This document shows, piece by piece, positions 12,540 through 26,100 of a DNA stretch of 64,000 nucleotides (the first letter of the stretch is position 1; each line of letters starts with the position of its first letter). The translations under genes and the position numbers were made by a program. The stretch is taken from the NCBI RefSeq assembly GCF_963676685.1, contig NC_092353.1, positions 83,390,001 to 83,454,000 of the forward strand, given 5' to 3'. This DNA comes from Mytilus edulis (taxonomy: Eukaryota). Below the pieces are notes generated by a model. That model searched no databases. It was not told where the DNA came from and saw only the letters and a program-made list of their open reading frames with translations.

Positions 12540-15420
12540 CTGTAAGGAGTAGTTGAAGTAGAAGCGGTAGTAGTTGAAGTAGAAGCGGTAGTAGTTGGAT
12601 TAGTAGCGGTAGTAGTTGAAGTATAAGCGGTAGTAGTTGGAATAGTAGCGGTAAAAATTGTAGAAGTAGCGATTAGAATTGTAATAGTAGCGGTTGTAGT
12701 TGCAGAAGTAGCGGTAGAAGTTGATATAGTATCAGTGGTCGTTGAAGTAGTTGAAGTAGTAGTGGTAGTAGATGAATTAGTAGCGGTAGTAGTTGAAGTA
12801 GTGGCGGTTGAAATTGAAGAAGTGGTAAACATTGTAGTAGTAGCGGTTGTTGCTGTAGTAGTAGTTGTAGTAGTTGTAGTAGTAGCGGTTGAAGAAGTAG
12901 CATTTGTAGTTGAAATAGCATCGGTAATAATTGAAGTTATAGCGGTAATAGTTGTAGTAGTAGCGATTGTAATTGTAGTACTAGCGGTAGTAGTTGAAGT
13001 AGTAGCGGTAATAGTTGTAGTAGTATCGGTATTAGTTGAAGTATTAGCGGTATTAATTGAAGTAGAAGCGGTTGTAGTTGTAGTATTAGCGGTAATAGTG
13101 ATAGTAGTTTAAGTAGTAGCGGTAGTAATTGAAGTAATAGTGGTAGAAGTGTGTAGCGGTAGTAGTTGGAGTAAAAGCGGTAGTGGTTGAAGTACTAGCG
13201 GTATCAGTTGAAGAATTAGCAGTTGTAGTTGAAGTTGTAGCGGTTGTAGTTGAAGTAGAAGCATAAGTAGTGGAAATAGTAGCGATAAAATGTAGAAGTA
13301 GCGTTTATACTTGTAGTAGTAGCGGTAGTAGTTGAAGTAGTAGTGCTAGTTGTTGAAGTAGTATCGGTTGTAGTTGTAGTAGTAGCGGTAGCGGTAGTAG
13401 TTGAATTAGTTGCGGTCGTAGTTGAAGTAGAAGCAATTGAAGTTTAAGTAGTAGCATTTGTAGTTGTCGTACTAGCGCTAGTAGTTGAAGTAGTAGCGAT
13501 TGTAGTCGTAGTACTAGCGGTAGTAGTTGAATAAGTTGCAGTAGTAGTTGAAGTAGAAGCAATTGATGTTGAAGTAGTAGCAGTTTAGTTGTAGTAATAG
13601 GGAATGTAGTTGAAGTAGTAGCTGTTGTAGTTGAAGTAGAAGCAATTGAAATTGAAGTAGTAGGAGTACTAGTTGAAGTAGTAGTGGTAGTAGCTAAAGT
13701 AGTAATGGTTGTAGTTGTAGTAGAAGCAATTGAAGTTGGTGTAGTAGCAGTGGTAGTTGAAGTAGTAGCGCTAGTAGTTGAAGGTGTAGCGATTGTAGTT
13801 TTAGTACTAGCGGTAGTTGTTGAAATAGTAGTGGTTGTAGAAGCAATTGAAGTTAATGTAGTAGAAGTTGGAGTTGTAGTACCAGCGGTAGTTGTGGAAG
13901 TAGTAGCGATTGTACTTGGAGTATTATCAGTCGTAGTTGTAGTTGGAAGTAGTATCGGTAATAGTTGAAGTAGATGGAGTATAAGTTGTAGTTGTAGCGG
14001 TTGTAGTTGTAGTTGAATGTGTAGCAGTTGTAGTTGAATAAATAGCGGTAATAGTTGAAGTATTATCAGTAGTAGTTGAAGAAGTAGAGGTAGAAGTTGT
14101 AGAAGTAGTGGTAGTAGTTGAAGTTGAAGTTGAAGTAGTTGCAGTAGTAGTTGCAGTCGTAGTTGTAGTAATAGTTGAAGTTGTAGCAGTTGTAGTTGAA
14201 TATGTAGCAGTAACAGTTGAATTAGTAACTGTAAAAGTTGTAGAATGAGCAGTTGTAGTTGAATTAATGGTAGCAGTAGTTGAAGCAGCAGCAGTTGTAG
14301 TTGAAGTAGTAGCGGTAGTAGCGGTAAAAATTGCAAAAGAAGCGGTTGTAGTTGTAATAGTAGCGGTTGTAGTTGTAATATTAGCGGTTGTAGTTGTAGT
14401 AGTAGCGGTAATAGTTGAAGTGTTAGCAGTTTTAGTTGAAGTGGGAGTGGTAGTAGTTGAAGTAGTAGTGTTAGTACAGGAAGTAGTAGCGATTGAAGTT
14501 GAAGTAGGAGTGGCAGTAGTTGAAGTAGTAGTGATTGTAGTTGAAGTAGTAGTAGTTACAGTAGTAGCGTTAGTTGTTGAAGTAGGAGTGATTGTAGTTG
14601 AAGTAGTAGCGATTGAAGTTGAAGTAGTAGCGGTAGTAGCTGACGTGGATTTGGTAGTAGGGGTAGTAGGGCTACTACTTCCACTACTTACACTACTACT
14701 TCAACTAATACCGCTGGTACTTCAACTACTACTACTTCAACTACAACCACTCCTTCTTCAACTACTACCGCTACAACTTCAACTTCTACAACTTCAACTT
14801 CTACAACTTCAACTACAACTACTACTACTTCAACTACAATCACTACTACTTCAACTACTACCACTCCTACTTCAACTACAACTGCTCCTGATTCAACTAC
14901 TACCACTACAACTTCAACTACAACTGCTCCTGATTCAACTACTACCGCTTCTACTTCAACTACCACCACTACAACTTCAACTACAACTGCTACTGATTCA
15001 ACTACTGCTACTACTTCTTCAACTTTTACCGCTACTACTTCAACTACTACTTCTGCTTTTACCGCTACAGCTTCAACTACAACTGCTACTACTTCAACTA
15101 CTACTTCAAGTACTACTTCAACTACTACCACAACTACTATAACTACAACCGCTATTTCTACAACTTCTACCTATAATACCTCAAATATTACTGATACTTC
15201 TTCAACTATTACCCCTACGTATTCAGCTTCAATTGCTACTTCTTCAACTACTACCGCAACTACTACAACTTTAACCGCTACAAGTACAACTACTACGTTG
15301 AAGTAATAGCGTTAGAAGTTTGTAGCGGTAGAAGTTGAAGTAATAGCGGTTGTATTAAAAATAGTAAAGGTTGTAACTCAACTTGTATCGGTAGAAGTAC
15401 AAATTGGAGCAAGGATACAA
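12540..15420 (-). repeat. Thr/Ser-codon-rich (GTA/GTT/GAA) low-complexity tract, mucin-like, with inverted block 14672-15296
   Basis: Triplet-periodic ACT/ACA/TCA/GCT on the minus strand; strand composition flips at about 14671 and 15297; several frameshifts and stops. Confidence 0.85.
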
Positions 15421-17265
15421 CGATATTGATATGAATGATTTTATATGAAAATTTTAGGAGCATTGCAATAAAAAAAAAACGACGAAATACGGTTACAAAA
15501 CACTACATAGAAAACTAAGGGACCGGTTTTAACAGGCGCGCTTTTAGTAATCTTTTTTTTCTAGTGAAAATGAATATCGTCTAGTGATGTTGACATTTTT
15601 ATTGAATTTGATATATTGCACAACCAATCCTTTGAATATATAACATTCATTAAATTAGACAATCAAACGTGTTGATCATTTATTTTTACTAAATAAAAGG
15701 GCGACGAAAAGTGCTTCTGTTAGTTCCTGTTCCTTGTCGTTTGTAATATGTCACATGACCTACAATACTTCAAGCCAAACAATCCATTCGTATGCATAAA
15801 AAGTAATCAATTATCAGGCCAGCACAAGAATATTAAAAAGAGTTTATTTTCAATTGCAATTTATTATATTACAAATAATAAATGAATGGCTATCGTTTCA
15901 TGAAATTAAAAAATTGATTGCCAAAATTATATTCATGTAATGCAAAATTGTATATATTTAATTTTAATCGAAGCAAACGACATAATAATATTTAATATAG
16001 CATCAGGAGTAAGTGGTCAACTGAGGACAACATTTTTACGGCAAATTTACCTTCGTCAGGCTTCAAGAAATATCATAAATCCGGAGATAAAAAAATTCGG
16101 GTAACGTAATCGTTTAAAATCAATGTCCACTAATGAAAATACGTTGAGGGTTTTACGCTTACGGAAGAAATATATTTTTGTTACTTGTGTACGGTTTTGA
16201 CTTTTCAATTAATTAAATACATGTCATATCATGCATTTATAAAATCGCTGTATCTATATATTTGTCAAAAATGGTCAGTTTGGCCTTTTACGTAGGAATA
16301 GCTATCTATGTGATATGATTAGTCAGTGTATCCAGGATAACATGACAAACTGCGTAAATGCAACTTTACAACCAAAAGTAAACGTGTGTTTACTTCTTAA
16401 AAAAATATAGAAGACGCGCCTTTTTTCACGTTTACGCGGAGTCTTCAACACGGAGCCTATATTTAAGATATATATACTAGTATATAATGAACGTCACATT
16501 TAACTCTGTAACGTATAAATGAAACAAAATTTAAAAACAAACACAGTGACACATGACAAGCAATGGCCAGAGGTTCCTAAATTGGGACAGGCGAAAACAA
16601 TACCGCGGGCTAAACATGTTTTGTGAGATCTCAACCTCCCCTTATACCTCTAGCCAATGTAGTTTATTTCCGTCCCCTATTTATAATTTATCCCTATGTT
16701 AACAGGAATGGCCACCTCTGACAAGGGGATATGTTCTGACGCAGCTCAGCCCCCTGACCAATCCCAAGATAAGAACAATTCAGATAATAGAGTGTTTGAT
16801 AAGTTACATAGATCCAGAGCACCGGAATGGAGTTGTGAAAAATAAAGAAAGGAAAAGAGTTGCCCTTACCACCAACCCGCTATTTCAATTTTCAATTCGC
16901 AAAATAACTGAACAGTGTGACCTGGCAGAGGAGGCAGAATAATGAGGACTTGGTTCTCATATTGATGATATTTTTTATATCAGCTCAGAGTTTTTGGAAC
17001 TTGGAGATGGGAGAGATATTGTCCAGTTCCTTTTTATAAAGGTATTGACCTATAATTGTTTCTCTTTTACAAATTGTGAAAATTGGTGTAAAGGGGGAAA
17101 CTCTGATAAAAAAAAATATCTCTGATTCCTATTTGAAAAAATGTATGAATTTTGTCGATATTCAAGTATATAACATATTTTAAATAATTTAGAAATAAAA
17201 AAAGGGTACATAATACGCCTAGTGTGTTCCAGAAAAAGAAATACTCTTCAAGAACTTTCAAAGCG

Positions 17266-17800
17266 GTTTGTGTTTGTACCGGCCGACAAAAGAAGCCAAC
17301 GATGTGGTGGTAATATGCCGTAAATACTACACGGACGTTCTTAAGAATCAAATTTTAAATTCATATTCATTCAAGTCCGTGCGCTCCATAGAGAGTCACA
17401 TAGTTAACAAACTCATCATAACCATATCACAGTTTAAGGCCTTTCTGAACATTTGCAGGTCCTTACTATACAGTAGTTACCTAAACTTCATAAATAAAAC
17501 CTAAAGAATATAGTTACATCTCAGCCTCCAGTAACATGAGTAAGTGTTCTACAACTAATCTTTCAGTTTTAACTAGTTTTTAGTTATCAAACTATTATCA
17601 AAGAACTAATCATTAACTTTTATATCAATATATATGAGAGAAGTGGAATAAACTATTGTTGGAGTGTAACAAATCCTTTGAATGTGTTAGATAAATAACG
17701 TGCCTTTGATAGTCATTTTGTGTACAGTTTTTGACTCTTTACACTACGCGTCAACACAATCTAATCAAAAACAGTTTTCCTATTCAATATAAATAGTCGT
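17266..17800 (+). pseudogene. Penelope-like reverse transcriptase N-terminal remnant
   Basis: FVFVPADK..NDVVVICRKYY..; SKCSTTNLS; SGINYCWSV; many frameshifts. Confidence 0.7.
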
Positions 17801-18924
17801 TCGGTTAATCTGATTGCAAATGTTTAAGGCCTGCTTTCTTATGAGAAAGGTAAATATTTTTTTCTTGGATGGTAATGTTCCTTTGGCACCATCTTACGGT
17901 ATTTATATATCATAACCCGTATATAAGGCCTTTATTTTTTCTCGTTTAATTGTTTTACCTTTGCCATTTCGTTTTTTTTTATAGCTGACTATGCAGTTTG
18001 GGCTATGCTTATTGTCGAAGAACGTATGGTGATCTATATATATATAGTTGTTAATTTCTGTGTCATTTGGTCTCTTGTGAAGAGTTGTCTTATTGGCAAT
18101 CATATCACATCTTCTTTTTTTATACATATACCAGATAGCTCAAGCCGCCAAAAATGTGAACTGAATTTCAAAGATGAAGAACATTAGAAACTATACAGAA
18201 GTTAGTAGGGAGCATATTGCATATCGAAACATTATCACTATTTTCGCTGTTTTTAACCGCAAAATGTACACCACTCAGACAGTACATTGTTTATTTCAAA
18301 CACGAATGACGAACTTTCCAAACATTTAACTGTCGAATATAAGCCCCAAACGGCAAAACATAAAATCATTATGGTATTTATTATAACTCGACATACGCCA
18401 TCGTAATCTATATGGTCATCTGGATAAAATCACTTAAAAAATTATTAAAAAATATTTATTTCTTTGGCAAAGTAATCAACAATATATAATAGTTTGCATC
18501 CATTTGAAAACAATCATTACATACACACGAATGGTAATAAAGATATATTGACTACAGTGTGTAAATCTTGAGCGTGATTTTAATATTATTTGAAAATTTT
18601 ATTGTTAACATCTCGCCAACTCTCGTTACCATGTCATATAGTTTTATTATTCTTATACAGGATATTCATAATACAATGTTCATACAAACAAACACAAACA
18701 CACATTTACTTTTAAAACCAAGCTTCCCCAGTAAAAATAAGCATGATATATATATATATATATATAATTTATGAATGCATGGTAATTTTAAGTTTCAATG
18801 AAATAAAGACGATTTAGAGATAGGCAAAATGATGAGGAAGAAATAATGAATTGTAATAGTCGTACAAATACTGGTAAAAAACTCTAATCACACTAATAAA
18901 CCTAAAGACGGAACTGTTTGCTCT

Positions 18925-19154
18925 TGGGGAACAACCATTTAACGTTAAAGAAAAAAATATTCTGATCCCCAATTTGATTAAAAAAGATAATCTGACCAAG
19001 CAGATGACAAAAACAATATTCTAAATCCAGATTTCCCCCGTACCTTATAGTGTTAAATATTGAAAAAAATAATTTGATTGATAGCGTTGCAAAACAAAAT
19101 TTTCTGACACAGACAAGCCATAACGTCCCTTGAAGTTAAGTGGTTGTTCCCTTA
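18925..19154. mobile_element. MITE (GGGAACAACCA TIR)
   Basis: GGGAACAACCATTTAAC / GTTAAGTGGTTGTTCCC. Confidence 0.6.
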
Positions 19155-19885
19155 ATGAAATTGGACAGGGCGAATTTTGACATATATCAGACAGTTTTCG
19201 TCTCTTTTGTTGAATAAAAAATGAGGTTCCTCATAGGGCTGGCTACCTGTTAATCTCATAATCTAAACAATTAATCTTTGAAAATTTAAGGATGCAATTG
19301 TATACATTTATAACAAAATAATTGACAATTCCTTATCCAATCCCCATGAGGAGCCTCGTTAATAAATAGATAAATACAAATAAATGAATTAATAATACTA
19401 ATTAAGGAGTCAAAGTTATCCCACTTAAATCTTTTTGAATATTGTTATTTTTTACTTGGCACAATCTTGCCGTGCATTTTCGCCCCGTTTTCCAAACTAG
19501 TCATTAGAATCATCTTGCGCCTTGTTTTAATACATGTTGACGGTTATATGCATAGGGATGTATCCTTTTCTAATCTAGATTTTCCCCCTATTCTTCTATG
19601 GTCCGTTCTTTCCAAAAGGATTTCACACCTCTATGCGTCGTCATGCAAACGTTTTCGTTTAGAAGTACACAGGAACAAGATCATATCATAATCACTTTAT
19701 TTTTACGAAAATGTCTCTAAAATTGCGGCGCTGTTTTTCAATATGAAACAGCTATATTACGAAAGGACTTGTTTGGAATGAGGGAGGGGTCAGAATGCGG
19801 AGAGATTGTGTCTTCTAAACAAGAACTTCCAAATCTTTACCAAGATGCAAGCTCACGATTTTAAATGTGAATTGTTATAATGTTC

Positions 19886-20136
19886 TCAGTCAGCTTTAAG
19901 CAAATGTCTGCACTGAGCATTTAGTCTGGCATTTAAAACTGTCTTAATAGTCTTTCGAAAGTGACTAGTTTGATGGAATGACGTCATCTCATGTTGGACG
20001 CTGAACACTAAGTTGTTATAGGCAAGTTCTTGCATCATATCTATTGAATTTATTAGATGTAAATTGGTATTGTAGAGATTGTGAGATGGCAGCTTCACGG
20101 AACCTTCATCATTCCCTATTATCACGATGATTGTCG
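19886..20136 (-). CDS. 2TM gene last exon
   Basis: TIIVIIGND...LVFSV...KAD*; TTTTTTTTCAG acceptor in the matching phase. Confidence 0.85.
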
Positions 20137-23100
20137 CTGAAAAAAAAGAGAATTATTGAAATTTTAATATATATATGTCATATATGATATATCTATTGCA
20201 AAATTATTCCCAACAGGGTCAAGCAATACAAACAAACAATTATACAATTAGATACAATACAATACAATAGAACATATTTAAAAAAAAAGTTCAATTAACA
20301 AATTTACGTATAAAACACATAACAATTATAAACTTGTCTGACATAAATAAAATATTGAATTGGGTCTGACCTCCCCAGTTTTAAAGACTGTTTTATAATG
20401 AAAACTCCAATATGACAAACAAGTTCAGGGGTGGGGTTTAGAATGTGTTTTTGTTTATTAAAAACGAGATGTTGAAATAATAGTACATACTGATAGTCGT
20501 TAAGAAAAGAACAAAGTTGGAACGTATTGCTCTGTTAATGTCACAATATGTAAATGAACCCTAACGAAGATTGTTTTGAACAATGCCTTTTTTTCAACTT
20601 CTGATCTTTTCTTGCACTACCCGGTAATAGTTGTTGGCAATGCCATGCCCCTAAATGATATAACAATGACACCTAGGTTCCTCGTTTTGTTGTCAATTAC
20701 TAATAAAATCAGTTTTTTTTTTATTGGTAAACATTTAATACATTTATATATATACTAGGAACCGGATGTTCAGTGGTTGCCGTTTGTTGATGTGGTTCAT
20801 AAATGTTTCTGTTTTTATATACTAGTAGATTAGACCGTTGGTTTTCCTGTATGAAAGGACTCTAGTCATTTTGGGGCCCTTTATAGCTTGCTGTTCGGTG
20901 TGAGCCACGGCTCTGTGTTGGAGGACGTATTTTGACCTATAATGGTTTACTTCTACAAATTGTGACTTGGATGAAGAGTTGTCTCATTGGCACTATAAAG
21001 TTCTACGCTACGTCCTGTAGACATTGTCTGCGAAAAATATCTGCGTAATCGTTTAAACTTTTATACCGGTTAATCCGAATAAACAGTTAGTTAAAAGTGT
21101 TCGATTTGACAACACTAGTATAATATTGTATCAGTAGATCTGCAGTAAAGGATCCCTACAAATGTTGTAGAAATGTTAATACACGATATTGTCAGTAGAT
21201 TCGGTGTGAATACTATAAATAGTCCCTCAAGATGTCTTTATTTTCAAATGAGAAATTGTTGTGCAAAGGCTCGGTGTAAAGGATAGAAAAGTCGAATTTG
21301 TAATACTTTTGCAAGGAGAAGAGACTAAGACTGAATGTACTCTTTTAACAGATCTTTGGAATGTTTTAGTATCCAAATCTAGAGAATGTAGTTTCACATT
21401 TGTTCTGAAATCATACTTTGATTGCTAAAACAATTGGTTTTAATGATTTAGATAGAGATTTCGTGGAGCATTTAAAGGACTGAATAATATAGCGTTGTCG
21501 GTAAGGTCCTTAGGACACTTATGTAACTTCGGTATCATATACAGTAAAGAAAGATCCAGTTCTTTATCTAAGGTTGCGCTCATTAACATATTTAACTAGC
21601 CCATTTCTGCATGTGCTTGTTCCAAGACAGGGGCATGTATTCAGTGGTTGTCATTGGATGCTGTCTCGCAGATATGTTTATCACTTACTAGTATTGGTTG
21701 GGTTTTTTTCATAATTATTGCCGTTAGGTTTTTCTTTTCAATTGTTAACATGTAGTTTACAAAACATCAAATAGTTTGTAATACAGGATAGATGTACTTT
21801 TTGATAACATTTGGATTTTTAAATAGTTTGGCCTTAAGCATCACTGAAGAGACATTCATTGCCAATTTGGTACCGTTCATGATATATTTACCATACTGCG
21901 TCTAAAAGAAAGAACACGACATACGGTATGCTTCTATTTTGTAATGCTTTTAGTGGAAAGTGGCTTTGTATGCCTTAATATAATCGTTTTTGTAGCTTTT
22001 TTGTCAAATGAATGTCAACTCGAATTCAAATTGGGAGCAACTTGAATTATTTTTTTTTATACGCTCTGCTTTTAAACACAACATATACACTTCGTTTAGC
22101 AGACCATACTATGTATTTGAAGGTTGGAATTCGTCGTGAATGTGGTCCAAGAAAAAAAAATCAATTACATACCTCCAAGTCGTTTCATTATCTTTAACGA
22201 AACAGCCAAAAGGTCACGACCTCCGTTGGTATGGTTACCATGACTATTACAAATTACGATGAAAAGTTTAACATGTGGAATGCTGTTTATGTCTTTCTGT
22301 GATTCTATCATGAAGTACGGATGCGAAACAGCGGCGACTTTGACGTCGTAGAACTGGTTCAACATGGCCTCCACCACGTTTGTGTAGACAGGGATGTTTT
22401 CGTACTTGAAGAGCACGATACAGACTTCGTTCTTCAAAATTCCTAATTTTGGTATCATTGATATGTTAGGAGAGTTAGTCTGCTGTAAAAGATATAAGAT
22501 GCAGCTGTAAAAAATGTGTTTACTTAAAAATTGTTGAGAATAGAATTTATTAAAGTGTCAGAATTTAAAGCTTAACTTGTAAGATTTCAATAGAGTACTT
22601 CAAAACTTTATGACCTTAACTACAGATATTTGACCTTACTTCATAAGTTTGATTTATGAGTTTCGCAAATAAAGTATGTTTACCATTATTTCGTCAAGTT
22701 GGTTATTTATTTTCTATTATTCGTTACGTATCCTTACTCCTTATTCCTTACTTATTCCATCTTACGTTTTCGTTCCTTATTCCTTATATCTTCCTTATGC
22801 CTTATTCATTACTCATTCCTTATATTCCTTACTCGTTACTTATCGCTTAAAGTATATTGATCTTTTTTAATGCTTTCTTTCATTTCTTGACCCTGCGGTA
22901 AGTTATGGGTTCGAAGAGTTTAAATGATCCTCAAAACGCGGTGTATTCATATCGTTTGTATTTGTTTTTCAATCATAACTTTGTATATAAATTAGGCCGT
23001 TAGTTTTTCGTTTGAATTGTTTTACATTTGCCCCTTCTGGGCCTTTTATAGCAGACTATGCGGTATTACTTTGCTCATTTTGAAGGCCGTACGGTGACCT

Positions 23101-26100
23101 ATAGTTGATAACGTCTGTGTCATTTGATATCTCAGTGTGAATAGTTGTCTCATTGGTAATTCTACCACACCTTCTTTTCTTTTTAGCTTGCTGTTTGCTA
23201 TCCGTGTTGAAGTCCGTATTGTAAACTTAAGTTTGAACTTCTTATACATTGTGACTTATACATCGTAAAAGTAAATCCTTATAAAAAAAAATATGTCAAA
23301 GTACGACCTTCAACACGGAGCGTTGGCCTACATGTTAAAGGATCGATGTTTAACTGCAGGCTAAAAACAAAATACCTACATTGTGAACTTTATTTGTACA
23401 CCATACGAAACATAAGAAGAAAAAATCGGTGGACCTGCCATGTTTTTCCTGTTTCTCACGCTCGTACACATTCATTATCTTGTTTTAAGAAAAAAAAGTC
23501 ACGCCTTAAGAAAAAGATAATTTTAATTTCGCAGGACAAATACTTGAAAATTAGCTTCTGTCTGCACATGGTGAGGTCTTTTTGGTGTTTTTTCGTTTTT
23601 TTCGCTGTACAGCGTTAGCAATGTTAAATACCTGAAACATAACCTTTTTCTCCTCTTTTCTTATCATGGTGTCTGTTTCATCCTTCGGTCTGTCTATTTC
23701 ATTCTCTGTCATACCATTCATGACTGCACCATTCATGTGAGCCTTCTTTGCTCTCATGGTGGCTATCTTACTCTTTATCAGATCAATCAACGGTCTCACG
23801 TGAGGTCTAATCTGTCGTACCACCTCAACCATCACAATAACGAATAAAATGAAACCGATTATTTCTGAAAAGGAAAATATAGGACAATTATATAACTTTC
23901 GGCATTTTATTTCCTAGCACGGCTTGATTTCTAACGGTTGGACAATTTATAAACTTTTGGCAATGCATTTGCTAGCATGGCTTTATTTATGACAAGAGAA
24001 ATATTGAACAATTTATTTAACTTGTTATTTGGGTTATGTCAACATACGCCGGGCTTACTTATTTAGGGTTTATATGAGATACAATAATAAAATGTGGACA
24101 CATGCAAATGTCTCGATTGTTTTGTGGCATCCTTTGAATAACAACAATGTTGACGCTAAGATCAAGAAATAGCAGTGTGTTTAAAAAAGGATCAATTAAA
24201 AGATTCGTAAATTTCATTTAAATTTTTCCAAATTATAATCTGTACAAAGATGATCTAAAAAATGAAAGATTCAACTTCATAACTCAACACATTTTTTCAA
24301 ATACTACAGTAACCTCATTTCACAAAGACAAATTACATCTTGTACTAAACAGTAACAAACGACCAAGAAGGGCAGAAGTTTAAAACAAATATCTTTTTAT
24401 GAACTATAAGATCAGAACTTGGTATATTCGTGGCATTATTCATGAACAAAAGTAACTTTCACAGTCTCTTGCGCTCAAGTCAAGCTCGATATCGGAATAC
24501 ATCTGACAGTCGGATATAGGGGGTGTAAAGTATGAACGCATTCCTCCTGTTGGATTAAAAACATTTTTTCCGTTAGATGGAATTACGCAAAAAAAAAATC
24601 ATGGAACCGCCCCTGTCTGAGTTACTGTCAAACTATTAAAATAATTAATCTGTTCGAAGGAGAATTGGCTTATAGGAACACTCGATAAGTTTGAAGTAGA
24701 ACTGGCTTACATGGAGATTTCATATCATCTTGGAAGTTCAAAGCATTAAGGCATTGTGTAAAAGTATTAAGTCTAGTTATTTATTACTTATGGCAACATG
24801 GAATTTCTATTAAAGCAATTTCTGCAAACGACTGTTAAAAGAATACTGAATAATGATATGAAGCATTTACTCCAACAAAAATACACTATTGCACTAGTAT
24901 CGCAGTACTGCACTCTACACATATTTTAAATTCGCAGCATAGGCGGATCCAGGGGGGGGCTGGGGGGCCCTGGCTCCCCTTTTGTAGGAAAAATTTGGTT
25001 GATTATATAGGGAATCACTGAAGCATGACTAGATAGGGCCCCCCTTAGGTCAGTCAGTGCCCCCCTTTATGAAAAGTTCTGGATCCGCCACTGCGCAGTG
25101 TGTTTGAAGTGGATTCGCAAAAAGTCTGATTGAATTGAAAAAATAATTATTGATACTATAACCATGCATTATATCTTATTCATTTTCATTAGTTAAGAAA
25201 ATATCATTGAAAGAATGAGTATAGTTTTTTCTTTGAATTAAAATCCGTTGCCGTCCAAAATCGATCAAATATTATACACATGAATATTTGTAATATCCCG
25301 TACATACTGCATGTTCAATGTAAATATATTGAAAGGCTGTAACAGGTTGTACGTATGACTAATGCTCTAAGTATATGGTTTATATTTATACAATTTACTT
25401 ATAAAGTAACTGAAGGACCCAAGTAATGTATTATATAGGTCTTTAGATTGGAATCGTTAGAGCTCTCAACTTGCATTTAATGCAGAATAGGTCAACATGT
25501 CACCAAGTTCCTTCTTTAGGTTACACTAACACTTGATAAATTTCACTAATGTGTCGATTCAAAGAAACATTGTTTAAATGGAATTCGCCAAAACAATATT
25601 TTTTTCTTTACATTTTTTCATGATTACCAATCTTAATATAAAGTTTGAAAATTATGCATTTTGCGTTAGTATAAAAATCAGATTTGAAAACCTACAGATT
25701 CCAAGTGTGTAGGATAGTCGAAAAAAATCTATATATATCCAATTAAATAAACTTGCATAAACATAGTATGTTCGCCTATATTTTTTTAACGAAATGCATC
25801 CGCGTTATAAAGTTGGATTAATTCCAGATACAAGTTGGTTGAAATGCACTAGAAATTAACGAATAAGGGGAGATAACTCTGTAATTTGCTATCATTCTAA
25901 CCAATTTTCTAACCAAGTTATTTGATATTACCAGACACACACAAACAAAAGACTAATATTTTTCAACTCAGGATGATGGTTAGTATTAAATACCATGATT
26001 AACTCGGTGGGTTTTTTCTTATCATGTTTTAATTTTTACCTAAATTGCCTGATTCTTACAAAGACTGGCACTTAATTGTCAAGGAAAGGACATTTACCGA

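Noticed and set aside
12735-15142. Poly-Val and poly-Leu/Gln ORFs (12735-13112, 13684-13968, 14267-15142, 14688-15131)
   Set aside because: Antisense or off-frame readings of the Thr/Ser triplet tract.
15518-15733. Possible MITE with degenerate TIRs
   Set aside because: The inverted repeat is too mismatched and no TSD could be confirmed.
23551-23631. ORF read-through tail VFNIANAVQRKK...DRS
   Set aside because: Lies past in-frame donors (23644/23632) that connect to the next exon, so it is treated as intron, although intron retention would give a truncated isoform.
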